Origin: Octopus sinensis
Taxonomy: Eukaryota
DNA length: 64,000 nucleotides
Direction: 5' to 3'
NCBI RefSeq assembly: GCF_006345805.1
Contig: NC_043007.1
Location: 30,752,001 to 30,816,000, forward strand
In this document: positions 13,642-30,290 of the stretch, piece after piece
Numbering within the stretch: position 1 is the first letter of the stretch
Layout of the letters: each line of letters starts with the position of its first letter
Program-made: the position numbers and the translations under genes
Notes under the pieces: model-generated
Databases searched by the model: none
Seen by the model: the letters and a program-made list of their open reading frames with translations, nothing else
What the model was told of the DNA's origin: nothing

Positions 13642-14376
13642 TGCTCAGGCTTCAATAAAATATATAAACGGTATCAGTTTGAAAACTAGATTAAGCGTAT
13701 ACAAATCTTGTCTATTGAGCACACTTTTGTATGGGGCAGAACATGAACTCCCTACTACAGACATATAAAGAAACTTGAAACCTTTCCCGTGTGCTGTCTG
13801 AGCCATATCTGCAACATAAAATAGCAAAATAAGATATCAAATGTCCAAATTTTAGAAGAATGTGATACCTCTAGTATCAAATACACGCTACAGAGAGTTC
13901 AGTGCAGATGGGTAGGACATATGGTTCGAATGCAAGGTGATCGCATTCCGAAAATTCTTTTTTATTGCCAACAAGTTGAGGGATTTCGCAGAAGAGGAAG
14001 ACCCTGGCTAAGATATTAGAATAAGTTGAAGCAATAACTAAAATCCCTACAGCTTCATGTAACCATCTTGGGATATTTATTGTCTAGATCGATATGAGTG
14101 GTATAAAATGTGTTATGATGCATCTAATCAATTTGAGTTGAAGAATATAGAACAATTAAAGAACTTTATCCTGTAATCAAAAGACACATTTGTCCAATCG
14201 CAGGCATCAGCGTCCCCATTGTGACGTCATAGCAAAATCCCTTTCTGGACTCAAATTCCATGCAGGCATCCATCGCAAACAGACGCAGCTCCTTTTGTTT
14301 TTAATCCCTTTCTTTTTTTTATTTTTAATCCTTTCCTTCAAACACTCATCCGTCAAAATCGACGAGAGATACCATT
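13641..14376 (+). mobile_element. RTE-type LINE 3' fragment, tandem copy 2
   Basis: Matches 12751-13487 apart from one 1-nt deletion (gcagaaacatg vs gcagaacatg) and one substitution (catctcatca vs catctaatca) that I could see. Confidence 0.85.
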
Positions 14377-14377
14377 A

Positions 14378-14429
<52 letters not shown>

Positions 14430-14887
14430 CATTATTATTATCATCATCATCACCATCCTCATCATCATCATCATCATCATCGTCATCATCATCCTTACCA
14501 TTATCATGGCGCTGGTTAGCGGAATCGCTGAAGTGAGACGAGAATGATTTAATATGTTGCTTCATCATTTCCTTTGAAACGATTTCAAACCCGACCAGGT
14601 GGATGTTACTATTTATTCCGCCCACACTGGGTTCTATGGAATAAAATACCAGTCAGGTATTAATTCGAACAATAGAAGTCAATTAATTTCTCCTATTTAT
14701 TTTCTATATATTTTTTATTCTTTTCCAATTTTCCAATTTTTACCATTTTCCGTCGAAGCATTGTTAATTTTCCCATCTTTGTGCGAAAGCTTTCAATATC
14801 AAATTTTAAAACGAGCCATCACTAAACAGTAAACCGGTTCTACACCACATGACTAGAAACATCCGGTGAACCCAGAAAAAGATATTC

Positions 14888-14921
<34 letters not shown>

Positions 14922-15326
14922 TATATATATATATATATATATATGTTCACGATGGCCGCTTCACGCCATTTCTTGCTCGTTGATTAACATATTTAATTAA
15001 CATATTATAATTAACATTTACGCAAATTTGTTGTTTCCAATTTTTCTCTTCAACTTTTTTCCTTTCTTTTGCCCAGCATTAACGCCAGTTATCGCTGTCA
15101 GATATTTCATTCAGGAACTCTTTTGTGATATTAGAATGCATGTACGTACATATATGTGTATACATATGTGTATGCATGTGTGTATGCGAGTGTACATATC
15201 TATATGTGTATATATTTATGTGAGTATATATGCGTACCCACGATATATATGTGTGTATATATATATACACATAATATGTATATATATATATGAATATATA
15301 TATGAATATATATGTGTATATATATG

Positions 15327-15429
<103 letters not shown>

Positions 15430-16069
15430 TGCAAATCTATTATGAATGTATATGTATACATACGTAAAGTTGTTTTAAATATATTAAAAAATTAACTATC
15501 AAATTTATCGCACTCACGCACACGTAGGCATATAGCAAAGACCTATAAAAATATATATATATACATGCACTCACAGACACGTTTATATATACATGAATAC
15601 ATATGTATGTGTATATACACACACATATATATATGTATATATATATGCATATAAATACGTAGATACGTGTATATATATGTATGTGTCTGTGTGTGGATAT
15701 ATATATGTAATTATGTATATTTATATGTGAATATATCTATATGTGTATATATATATAGATGACATCGTTATATAAATATATGTATACTTTCAGTAGATTT
15801 ATGTTCGAGATTCCCACTTCCCGCTTCTTTCATTCATATTGACATTGGGCAGAGCCCTGCCGATCTAATTTATCGTACCACACACTCATTGAATAAATGT
15901 TTCGCTTCCACAGACTGATATGTAATATGTATGCCTCGTATATGTTGAGTTACCACACACACACACACACTCACACACGCACACACACACACATACACAT
16001 ACACACATATACCTATGCATATCTGAATATATACATGTAGATATATATATATTAAAATATATATATATT

Positions 16070-16124
<55 letters not shown>

Positions 16125-17835
16125 CTAATTGGGGTTTGTTTGTTTTTATATTTAAATGTGTTTATTCGTTTGGCGCTTCAGTCATTGAACTGCGGCCATG
16201 CTGGGGTACAGCCCACAAAAGTTTTATAAAGATGCACATATATGCGCAAAAATACATATATGCAGACATCTACATATATCTACACACAGACACAGACACA
16301 CTCACACATATATATATGTATATATATATGTATATCATTATTATTATTATTATTATTAATATTGTTGATATGTGTGTGAGTGTGTGTGTGTGAAGAATAA
16401 AAGAAGTCGTACAGAATATCCCATAGAATATAGAGAGAGTTAGTTTATATATTTTTCTAATTATAAGAACCTCGTCATTACAGTGGTAAGTCTCAAAGAG
16501 CCAGGCATCTTCGCGCCTGCGCACCGTTAATCATGTGTCGTCTTTTCAGAACAAAATTTTCTCTTCCGGTTGTCGTATTCTGATTTTCATCAGAAATTTT
16601 CCTCCTTTTTCCAACTTCATAATTTATTATCTAAAGGAAATAGCAAATAAAAGATTATAAAGAAATTATGGCCCTTAATTATTTAATTCGTCTGAGTCCC
16701 TGTGAAGAAACGAACCATAATGTAGATCCCAATAAAGCTATCGAATGTTTATGGTTGAATTCGTTGGGAAAACATTTTCATTTTGCTAGAAAGAGAGAGG
16801 AAAATAGATAATTTCCTCTCTTTATCTTTACCAATAACGGATGGAATGGAACGAAAGAATGAAAAGAAAATTAACCCACATTTTCGAAAATCTTCTATGT
16901 ATGCATTCGCTACTCACATTTGTTTTAACTTAATGACACTTTCAAGGTGACTGTATCCAGTTATTTAATAAGCATTTATGAAAGTACATACATTTAGCGA
17001 ATGCCTCGGATGTATTATTTAAATATAAATGTAGCTGCAAAGGTTTTCCAGTATCGGATGTTTTTCCATGGTACGAAGACTACATCTTTTGCTACCGTTT
17101 AGATAAGTTTATTTCTTTCAATAATCTTCGTATTTATATTGTATTTTGTATTTTCGACAGGTTTAATCATCAATGGAAATATTCTCATCGTTTATCTGCC
17201 ATTAATTTCCCTTTGAGCATAAATTATGAACTTATAAAATAGGTAAATATTTCCAGTGTGCTCACAAAGTTCGTGAGAACTTTCTCATTGTTTTCAAAAC
17301 ACACCAATAAGTTCTAGCCATACACTTATTAAGATTTCACCCAACGTTTGATCATAGATATTTGATTAAATGAAGCATTTTGAAACTTGCAGTAATAATG
17401 GAATGACAAGCTTTTAACAATTTTAAAATATATATACAAGTCTTTGTTCGCGTGCATACTAATATACATTGCGTGTGTGTGTGTGTGTGTGTAAATGTGA
17501 CGGTTCTGAATGCTTCAAGTAGTTCAGTCGCCAAGCTTTCCTACTTACACAGATGTTTCGGTTTTAAGATCTGTGCTGCAGTTACTAAGGGACAATCGTT
17601 TCTCGCTAAGTATTCTCTCGCTAGCTTAAATGAGAAGCTGGCCGACGGTCTTTGAAAGGATGTTCAACTTCCTCAAATTGTTGCTTTAAGATTGTTACAG
17701 CTGTTCATACAACTTCTTATAACTTGACCATTGTAAACAATGTCACGGCTGCTTATTCTGTCAAAATTCATTGGCTGTTTTATCAGCTTTTCAATTTATA
17801 TTTTCAAAGCTTCATGCTTCAAAAGTAGCTATGCA

Positions 17836-17881
<46 letters not shown>

Positions 17882-18518
17882 CATGTGCGTGTGTGCGCGT
17901 GCGTGCGTGCGTGTGTGTGTGTGTGTTTTCACGTGATCGACCAGATTATCAGCTGCTGCTATACATCGCTGGTCACAATGCCCTTTGCATCGTTTAGGCT
18001 TTCGATTGATGCCACCCTGGAGCCTAGGCGAGCAGACCGATATGTGTGTGTGTGTGTGTGTGTGTGAAAGAGAGAGACAGAGAGAGAGAGGGTGAGTGTG
18101 TGCGTGTGTATATTATTGTGCTTGTGTGAATATGTGTAGGCACGTGATAAATTAACGAACGCTAGTCGGGACCGATTTCGACGTTTGATACTTCTGGATC
18201 CTGTAAAGAATTAGTAGCCAACCCCCTAATAGATAGAACGAGGCTGAATATTTTACACGCTCATCTCGGGCCCTTCAGCGAGACATAGAAAAACAGTAAT
18301 GATGATGATGATGATAATGATGATGATAAATATTAATAATAATAATGATGATGGTAAAATTGGTGGTGGTGTTGGTGGTTGTCTAATTTTGGTACAAGGC
18401 CAGTAATTTTTGGCGGGAAAATGTTAGTTGATTACGTTGGCTCCAATAGTTCACTGGTACTTTATTTTGTCAACCCCGGGGAGATGATAAGCAAAGCTGA
18501 CCCCAGCAAAATTTGAAC

Positions 18519-18583
<65 letters not shown>

Positions 18584-18750
18584 ATTATTGTTGTTACTAT
18601 TATTATTATTATTATTTTCATCATTATCTTCATTATTATTATCATTATCATCATCATCATCACCATTATTATTATTATTATTACTACTATTATTATTATT
18701 ATTATTTTTATTATTATTATTGCTATTGTCATTATTATTATCATCATCAA

Positions 18751-18801
<51 letters not shown>

Positions 18802-18971
18802 CTTTATTATTATTATCATCATCATCATCATCATCATCATTATTATTATTATTATTATTATCATCATCATTATCATTATCATCATCATCACCATTATTAT
18901 TATTTATTATTATCACTATCTTTATTATCATTATCATCATCATCATTATAATTATTATTATTATTATTATA

Positions 18972-19005
<34 letters not shown>

Positions 19006-21129
19006 ATTATTATTATTATTATTAGTGTTAGTGTTGTTAGGTCTACAATTAAGTACCAGTGATATACTGGGGTTGATATTGTCGCTCAGGCTGCATTGAC
19101 TCCATTATCATTTTATCAATATCGTTCCTTGTTCTTCTTATTACTGATGCTGCAGTTGTTGTTGTTGTTATCATTACAAAGGCAGCGAGATGAAGAATCG
19201 TTAATATGTTGGACATCATACTTAACGGCATTTTTTCTGGATTTTTACGTTCCGAGTTCAAATTCCACCACGGTCAACTATACCCTTTTTTTTTCGCAGT
19301 TGATAAGACAAAGAACCAGTCGAGTACTGGGGTCAGTGTAAATGACTCATCCTCTGCTTCTAAAACTGGTGGCCTTGTGCCAACATTTGAGAGAACTATT
19401 GTTGTTTTCGTTGTTACAAGCAAAACGCGGCTTTCTGATCGAGGTTTCTTTGGGTTTATTCAACATATATGCATGTATGTATAGGTGTATGCGTGCATGC
19501 GTGTACGATGTGTGTATGTATGTATGTATGTATGCATGTATTCTCCTTGTCTATATATAGGACTACATACACTAACATGTCTTTTGCTAACTTTTAAACA
19601 AATATTGAAACGTGAAATTACAAGATATGAAAGAGAAACGAAAAATGGGTGAAATCATTTTTAAACGTAAGGAAAATTAAAAGTTAGTGAAATATTACAG
19701 TTCTCTGATTTCGTCTTCTTGCATATATCAACGATTTGTCCGTTTGTTTAAAGTTAAAATTGCTATAAAATAACAGCAAAAATCAGCGGAAATTGGACGA
19801 GTGACAAAGAAGCAAAATACTGTTAAAGACACGGACAAGAAAATGAAGTGGGGATTACAATGAGGAGGAGATATGGAGTGAGTTTTGAGCAAGACGGCGT
19901 TGAAGATTTTTAATACAAACACTTTTAACAAATTATATTAAAATTAGAATTTTTAAGATTTTACCATTATTTTAAATTTAACCAAAAGTTTTGGTGACAA
20001 ATTTCTATATACTTACTCTTTACAATCATCAAGTTTTCAACAATTTTGTCTTTCATCCGCATCAATAAGTGCTGCTAAATATTCCATTTCGTTTTGTTGA
20101 GGAACAATTGTATTTGTTTAATCGAATTACTTTGATGTAGTATTTTCTTGTATTTTGTGTCGGTATTTCGACTGCTGTATCATGTATGTGTAACGTGAGC
20201 TAAAGATCGGATAGCCAGACTCGGTAAAGTGCCAGGCAAAATGCGTTGCCATATCTAGTCATGGCATTTTATATTCTGAGATCAAATCCCACAGTGATCA
20301 ACTTCACTGTTATCCATTCGAAGTCGATAAAATAAAGTACCGATCAAGTACTGGAGTTGATGATATCGTGTAATCCACTTCCCTCAAAATTTCTGTCCTC
20401 CTGCCAAAACTTGAAAATGCAAGGCAGCGAGCTGGCAGAAGCGTTAGCACATCGGCCAAAGAACTTAACGGTATTTGTTATCGATCTTTTCAATCCGAGT
20501 TCGGTTCCTCGCGAGGTCGGCTTCGCATTTTATCTTTTCAGAGTGGTCGACAAACAAAATGTAGTAGCCAAGTACCAGGGCAATGTAATCGACTACCTCC
20601 CAGTCCAAATTTCAGACCTTGTGCCTAAATTAGAAAAACAATAGTATTATCATTATTATTATAATTATTATTACCACTACTACTACTAGTACTACTACTG
20701 TAACTACTACTACTACTATTGCTGCAATTATTACTATTATTATTAGCATTATTTTATAATCACTGTCATCATTGTCATTAATATTTCAATATTAAATCCT
20801 ACCCACCTTCCTAATCTAGTTACAAAGCCGTCTCACTGAGTTGCGAAAAGATGGAACATACCCAGATTGATCAGCCATACTGTTAGCAGCTATTCTGGGT
20901 ACCCAGGCCATATTATGTCAATAGTAAGACTGCGAGAGATACGAATCTCTAGTAGAAAGTTGTATTATATATATATATGTATGTATGTATATATCAAGCT
21001 ATGTATATGCATATATTATATATATACATATATATATATGCATAAACACACGCATGCACACGCACATATCTATATACATACATATGTATACATATTTATC
21101 AGTTCTTTTTGATTGCGACTTCAAGTCTC

Positions 21130-22600
<1,471 letters not shown>

Positions 22601-22864
22601 TTATAAAGCTATCTTTTATCTGAAAGTATGAAACGATCCAGAATCTACTTCCTCTTTACTAACCGCCTTAAACACATTTATCTCCCCTTTCCTCTCTATC
22701 TGCATTTTACTATTTCTTCTTTCCAATATATTTCATATATTTATTTCTTACATTTTCCAGGGTAATTATTATATTTAATATTTTCCTCTTTTTATTTGAA
22801 AAATAAAAACGGCATTTTTTATCATTATTACTATTATTATCATTACTATTATTATTATTATTAC

Positions 22865-22906
<42 letters not shown>

Positions 22907-23085
22907 CACTACTACTACTACTACTGTTATTGCATTTTATTTGCTGTCCCATCAAGGTCAACTTCGCCTTTCATCCTCCTATGGACGAGAAACTAAGAAG
23001 TGCATCAATGTTATCGACTTTAAAACTTCCCCTTCAAAACTGTGTAGCTTACGTTGTGCCTATCTCAGAAAAAAGAACGCCATTA

Positions 23086-23131
<46 letters not shown>

Positions 23132-23540
23132 GATAGTGAACTGGCAGAATGTTCAGCAGCATTTTATCTCTCTCTACGTTCTGAGTTCAAATTCTGCCAA
23201 GGTTGATTTTGCATTTCATCCTTCCAGGGTCGATAAAAGGAGTACCAGTTCCCCACCCCACCCCGCGCCGAAATTACAGGCCTTGTTCCAAAATTTGAAA
23301 CCATTCTTCTTAAAGGCGGCGATCTGACAGAACCGCGGGCAAGTCGGACGAAATCTTTAGTGGCGTTTTTTTTCTGACCGTATACCTTACTAGTCTAAAT
23401 CCCGCCAGGGTCCACTTTGCCTTTCATCCTTTCGGGGTTGATAAAATAAAGTACCAGTCAAGTACTGGGGTCGATGAAGTGGCATGCACCCTCTCCCCAA
23501 AATTGCTGGCCTTGTGCCAAAATTTGAAAGCAAAACTTTA

Positions 23541-23592
<52 letters not shown>

Positions 23593-24009
23593 CTTCGATA
23601 ATATTCCTCTACATTTCAAACTGGCAAATCTATTTCAAATGATGTCATTTAAAGCGTAAAAACAAAACAAAAAAAAATACAATTTTTTTCATATTTTGTT
23701 TGTGATTTTTATTTTTTTTCCCCTGTTTTTATGAAATTATCTTTTTCTCGATCAAATTAAAATTTTTAATTAAAAACAAAAAATATAAAATAAATAAACA
23801 AATGAACTTATTCAAAATATTTATTGGATTTCATGTTTTTCTCTTTTACTTTTTTTTTTCTTGTTTTGTGATTTTCATTTTCAAAAAAGGCTTTTTGACG
23901 TATTATTGTATATTTGTATATGTAAAGAAACGCTCGCCACGGGGCGGCGCTTCTCTCACCTTCTCGTGTTTTTGTGTATATGTGTATGAGATTATCTTTA
24001 TAGTTTAAC

Positions 24010-24281
24010 TGTTTCAGTCATTAGACTGTGGCCATGCTGGGGCACCGCCATGAAGAATTTTCTCTCGAACGAATTAATCCAAGTACGTATATTCTTCTAA
24101 GACAGCTACTGATTCAATCGGTCACTTTTGCCGAAATGCTAGCTTATGGGGATGTAAACACACCGACACCGGTTATAAAGCGGTGGTGTGAGACAAACAC
24201 AAAGACAGACACACATACGCATACTCAGACACACATACGCATACTCAGACACATACACTCACACACACACACACACACATT

Positions 24282-24326
<45 letters not shown>

Positions 24327-24327
24327 T

Positions 24328-24359
<32 letters not shown>

Positions 24360-24381
24360 AATATATATATATACATATCCA

Positions 24382-24456
<75 letters not shown>

Positions 24457-24610
24457 GACGGGTTTCCGTCTATCAGATCCATTCATAAGGCTTTAGTCGG
24501 CCCGAGGCTATAGTAGAAATCACTTGCCCAAGGTTCCACGCAATGGCACTGAAGCCGGAATTATGTGGTTTGGAAGCAAGCTTCTTACCACACAGCCACG
24601 CCCGCGCCTT
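24010..24610 (-). mobile_element. SINE family B with an expanded internal microsatellite of about 260 bp (other B copies at about 34425+, 41640+, 44047+, 54575-, 55160+, 56960+, 60870-, 62480-)
   Basis: The reverse complement of the B tail (tttcagtcattagactgtggccatgctggggcaccgcc) and of the B head (cttaccacacagccacgcccgcgcc) bracket (CA)n(TA)n. Confidence 0.8.
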
Positions 24611-26142
24611 TATTGCATAATGTTTTTTTTTATTAACAGGTAAAGAAATATTGAAAGTCAATGAAATTCGAGAGGTAAACACAAAAAAATTAAATAACTT
24701 TTAAACATTATAAGAATGATCGAAGTGAAACCTTCATAAGAAAAGTTTCCGAACAAAATTTGCTTCTTTTTCATAAAATTATAATTGCTTTAAGAATATC
24801 GTTGTTATGGCAACAAAAGGTAGATTAGCAGACAGAAATAACAAAGAGGTTACTCAAATTTTAAAAGTGGAGAAAGTTAACAGACAGAGTAGGGAATCGT
24901 ATAGAATGGAAGCTGTAGAGAGTGAACTGTAGTCTTTGAGTAAAAATCGGTGTTTACATAAATACTGAACTAATGGATGAAGGTTACAGTTTCTGACCAA
25001 TGATGTTGTTGAGAATTAACAATAAACCAAGGTGTACAATAAAATATGTGAAAAATTGAAATTCTAAACATTTTATTATTATTCCAGATTGATCCAAAAT
25101 CCACTGCCACGTGGATAGAGATAGAATGAACACATTTTAGAATTTAATTTACAATATTCGTAATCATTCGTTTTAGATCAGCTCTGGTTTTTGACATGGC
25201 TGTAAGGTAAAAAGTTTGCTTCCAAACAACATGGTTCCGAGTTCAGTCTCACCTTGGGCAAGATAAATATAAAAGACATTAAATTTAACAACAGGGAAGT
25301 TTTATCTCAGGAGCAAGAAAAATGAGAAAATAGCTTACATAAGATATAAGCTGAAGCCCAATCCAGAGACGTTCTTTAGTCAGAAATACATATTAGAGAA
25401 TATCAAAACTGGCCCTTGATAGGGATATATTCGAGCTGTACGCTACTATAATAAAGCATTAAGAAGGGACAGCAAATGAAAAGGAGGATATATGACATGT
25501 ACATAGTACAACAATAAAAGGCATCAACTTTACACACCATCGTAATATCATCGTAACATCAGACTTAAATATTGATTTCCCCGTAGGACATAGATATCCA
25601 GTCCCATCAATAAGAACAATGTTAAGATCAGCTATAGCTGTTCTCAAATATCAAACCATGAATAAGTCTATAGAAATAGAAACACTTTACCTTAGCTGCT
25701 AGAATTCAAATGACATCCAGCTAGATGGAAGGCAAAAGCATTGAAAATGTGCATGCGTAAAGAGCAAAGATAATCATTGAATATGGAAGCTAAAAGAACT
25801 GCATTGGTCTCACGGGAAACACATTTAAAACCAGACAAACACAACACATCCATTCCTTTAGATTTTGAATTAGCTGCACTTCCAGTCAATATGTCTGAAA
25901 ACTAAAGGATAATGAAATTAAAGGAATCCTATTCAACTGAAGGACCGAACAAACTGGTCTAGTTTTGAAATAATGCAAAAATATTCAATTCAAGCTTCGA
26001 AACAAAATATCAAATCTTGTTTCAATGCTGAAGAATGTATAATAAGTGAGCCAAAATTATGTCTCAAGACATACAAACGAATTTCTTCTGAAAACTTTTC
26101 GACTACAAATGAAGTAATATGTCTTCCTTAGCAGTACTATAC

Positions 26143-26369
26143 TTAAGTCTTTAGCATTCAAACAGGCCATAACCAGCTATAATATTCTACATATTTTTGT
26201 TCAAATTGGCCGTATCTGGCCTCTCACACCAATCCTACAATATTATTCCAAAAATTAAGAGTTACCTCATCAGAATTTCAAAACTACAAGTTAACGCATG
26301 CGTAATTCAAAACAACGTGAATAAATAAGCATCACCTTTGGCAGAATAACGTGAATGGTAAATGGTTAA
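26143..26369. mobile_element. TTAA-bounded non-autonomous DNA element (piggyBac-like MITE)
   Basis: Ends ttaagtctttagcattca ... tgaatggtaaatggttaa. It is homologous, in opposite orientation, to 49098-49601. Confidence 0.65.
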
Positions 26370-26815
26370 TACTTGACCAGGCTCTCTCACATTTTCTGCA
26401 GAAAATGGTAAACAGACTGACTATTTCTACAGGGTCTCCACACTCAAATATCGAACCTCAGATTTCCATTTACTCCATCGTCAGGTCAAATCCAACCAAT
26501 GAAAATTAAAGAATTTGAATTGAGGACAATATTAAATGGCCAAATACCAAAGTATCAAAACTACAAAAAAACACTCTTCTCACTGGCACTGTCCACACCC
26601 TAAGAAAAACATTCCTAATTTCAAAACACCTGATTCTATTAAAAATCTACCAAAACTGAAATATTACAAATTTAACAGAATTTTATTCTACAAATTCTGG
26701 TCTCTTTTCCCCTGCAAAATAATAAATAACGCTCTTAGAAAAACGTCTGACTTTCCGTTACTTGAAGTTTCTGGGTGAAACTTGGAACAGCATGTATGAA
26801 GCAAAGGAAGAACGT

Positions 26816-26867
<52 letters not shown>

Positions 26868-26987
26868 TGTAGTAGTAGTGGGGGGGAAATTTTTTTCAGG
26901 AGGGTTTTAAGCACTTGAAAGACTTGAATGCTTGTGGATAGGTAAGGCTGCAGGTATTAACACGCTGCCCAAATAAATTCTATCACA

Positions 26988-27067
<80 letters not shown>

Positions 27068-27242
27068 AACCGTCACCACTACTGCAGCAACTATCATTGC
27101 TACTGCACTATAACCCCTACCACTACGCTACCTGCTACCACTACCTTTATTGTTACATGTACCAGTACTATTATTACACCAATACTACCACAACTACCGT
27201 AGCAACCCCCAGGGCTTCTACATAATAATGATGATGGTGGTG

Positions 27243-27310
<68 letters not shown>

Positions 27311-27346
27311 AAAAATAATAATAATAACAAAAACAACAACAACAAC

Positions 27347-27406
<60 letters not shown>

Positions 27407-27754
27407 ATAATAATAATAATAATAACAACAACAACAACAATAACATAAGAGAACAAAGAATTTATTAAAAACATATCGACAAGAACATTTATCAAACGAA
27501 AAACAACCATATCAACAAAAGCGAGATGTTGCTGCTGTTGTTGCTGCTACTGCTGCTGCTGCTGCTGCTCTGTAAAGTTTAATTAGCTGGGTTGATGATT
27601 ATATTGAGAATAAAATATACAAAATTAATAGAATAAAAAAAAAGAAGGAAATTATTGATCAGGAACTGTTTTTGAAATTGGACGAAAATATATCATATTT
27701 ATTCTCCTAGTGGCGGGGCGGGTTTCAGATATATGTATGTGTGTGTGTGTATAC

Positions 27755-27831
<77 letters not shown>

Positions 27832-27900
27832 GTGTGTATGCATATATATATATATACATAAATATATATATATATACATATGTGTGTATATATATATATA

Positions 27901-27950
<50 letters not shown>

Positions 27951-28639
27951 ATATATATATACATACACAAACACATGCACACACACATATATATATATAT
28001 ATAAATGCATTTGTGTTATTGAATTTTGCGAATAATAGCCTCGTTGCCTGCAGATTTCCAGGGACCCAATCACTGGTTCATTGTGTTTCCGATTGCGAGA
28101 CTGACAACAGATTGTCTGCGCAATTCGGGCGGAATAAATAAAACAAGGTATTTTTATTCGAGCGCACTAGTTTAATGCTTTAACACATGGTATACACACA
28201 CACACACACACACTCATTCACACACACATACACATACATGCATATATATATAAAGAGAGAGAGAGAGAGATGTGTGTATATATAATATATATATATTCAT
28301 AATATACAGATACATATATACATATATATACGTACATATATACATGCGCACACACAAACACGCACACAGGTTATATATATATATATATACTTACATATGT
28401 ATATATATTTATATATATATATATTTGGTTAATAAAAGAGACGAGAGATGGAGGATACGAATATTTTTATAAATCACTACAATTATTTCGACCCATCGAG
28501 CATCGATCACTCACGGGTGCCTCTCTGCTTTACCAGTAAGCTACCAGGCATAGACAAATAAGAAAATGCACACATCCACAGATAAAATGTCTATTTTGAA
28601 ACTGACGCCTTTTAGAGAGAAAACATCTACTGTTACCCG

Positions 28640-28990
28640 CTGAGTGTGTAGGGCGAGATTGAATATACTACTGCACATTCCAGACACTCACCAAACAACG
28701 CTATATGGACATTGCCCAACTACCCGATCAATGATGAAAATATATGTCAGCATTCCTACGTTGTATATAAAATCACATATATTAAATGCAACGAATTCTA
28801 CATCGGAACTACCATCAGACAATTATGCATAAGGGTTGAAGAATACCTCCATCAAACAACGCCAATGGAAATGCCAAGCCCAAGTCATCCAGGTTTTCAA
28901 AGATCTCACGGAACGAAACATTGGGAACCTAAGAATAAAAGAAACCATCATTCTTAGCAAAATCAAAGCAGAAATGTTAGTTCACATTAC
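28640..28990 (+). mobile_element. Penelope-like element remnant (GIY-YIG endonuclease)
   Basis: ORF 28712 reads SYVVYKITYIKCNEFYIGTTIRQLCIRVEEY (VVYKI..C...YIG.T.R.L..R..E motif). It continues in another frame as DLTERNIGNLRIKETIILSKIK. Confidence 0.8.
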
Positions 28991-29157
28991 GAGATTTCCG
29001 AAGATTTTTTGAAGAAGGTGTCATAACCCCAAAATATCAAAGTACAATACAAAAAGGTACGAATTATCGACTCGTATTAATTCTTATAACTCGCATTGTT
29101 TTGGTTTTTAAAAAATTTTAAGCGTATATGTGTGTGTCGGGGTTGCTGTTTGTGTAA

Positions 29158-29691
<534 letters not shown>

Positions 29692-29789
29692 TGTTTGATA
29701 ACCTCAAACTTAACAACAGTGACAAACTTCTCAACGGAGTGAAATGCTTTCTAAGTATCCTAAACTTGTGGTGATAAAGAAGTGTTGTA

Positions 29790-30290
29790 ATAGTTTCATA
29801 GATGTGTTATGAGTTTGCCATAGGTCTATCGTAGAACCTTCCTAGAAAACTAACAAAATTGCTATGGAATTTCAGTTTAAAATGTCGCAGATGTGTCGTA
29901 GAAGTAACAAAAGAATCATAGAACTATTGATATGACGCAGAATTGTCACTGGGTTGTAGCAGTTATGTCATAAACCTGTCGTAAAACTCACACACAAGTG
30001 TCACAGATCTGTCAAGGAAGTTGCTGTCGCAGAACAAGCATAGAACTGTCATAGAGGTGTTATGGAACCTTAAATGTATTTTACAGAAATGTACTGTCAT
30101 AAAAATGCCATAGAAATCTCGTAGAAAGAACCCAGTATTGTCTTAGAACTATTATTATAAACTGCATATAGTTGTCATAGAACCGTCATAGTGATGTCAA
30201 AGAGCTATCATAAAACTGTCGTAAAATTGTCGTAAAACTGTCGTAAAACTGTCGTAAAACTGTCGTAAAACTGTCATAGAATTGTCGCTG
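29790..30290. repeat. 11-bp minisatellite (GTCGTAAAACT), near-perfect at 30211-30290 and degenerate upstream
   Basis: taaaactgtcgtaaaattgtcgtaaaactgtcgtaaaact..., with upstream variants such as gtcatagaac and gtcgcagaa. Confidence 0.8.

Noticed and set aside
17255-17830. Possible mariner remnant (cagtgtgctcacaaagttcgtgagaacttt; LKQQFEEVEHPFKDRRP)
   Set aside because: No matching second terminal repeat was seen and the protein similarity is marginal.
20017-20110. PQQNEMEYLAALIDADE on the minus strand, resembling CaM helix C and EF2, near a gtaagt donor
   Set aside because: It is flanked by in-frame stops, is out of frame with the donor, and the similarity is too short to support a third paralog.
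25459-25897. ORFs 25692..25889 and 25459..25647 with apparent splice sites
   Set aside because: There is no recognisable homology, the implied intron is only 23 nt, and the second segment is closed in all frames from its acceptor.
26792-28148. MYEAKEE|gtaagt joined to an open segment at about 28054-28147
   Set aside because: The donor coincides with the start of a (TAG)n microsatellite, and the peptide has no recognisable features.
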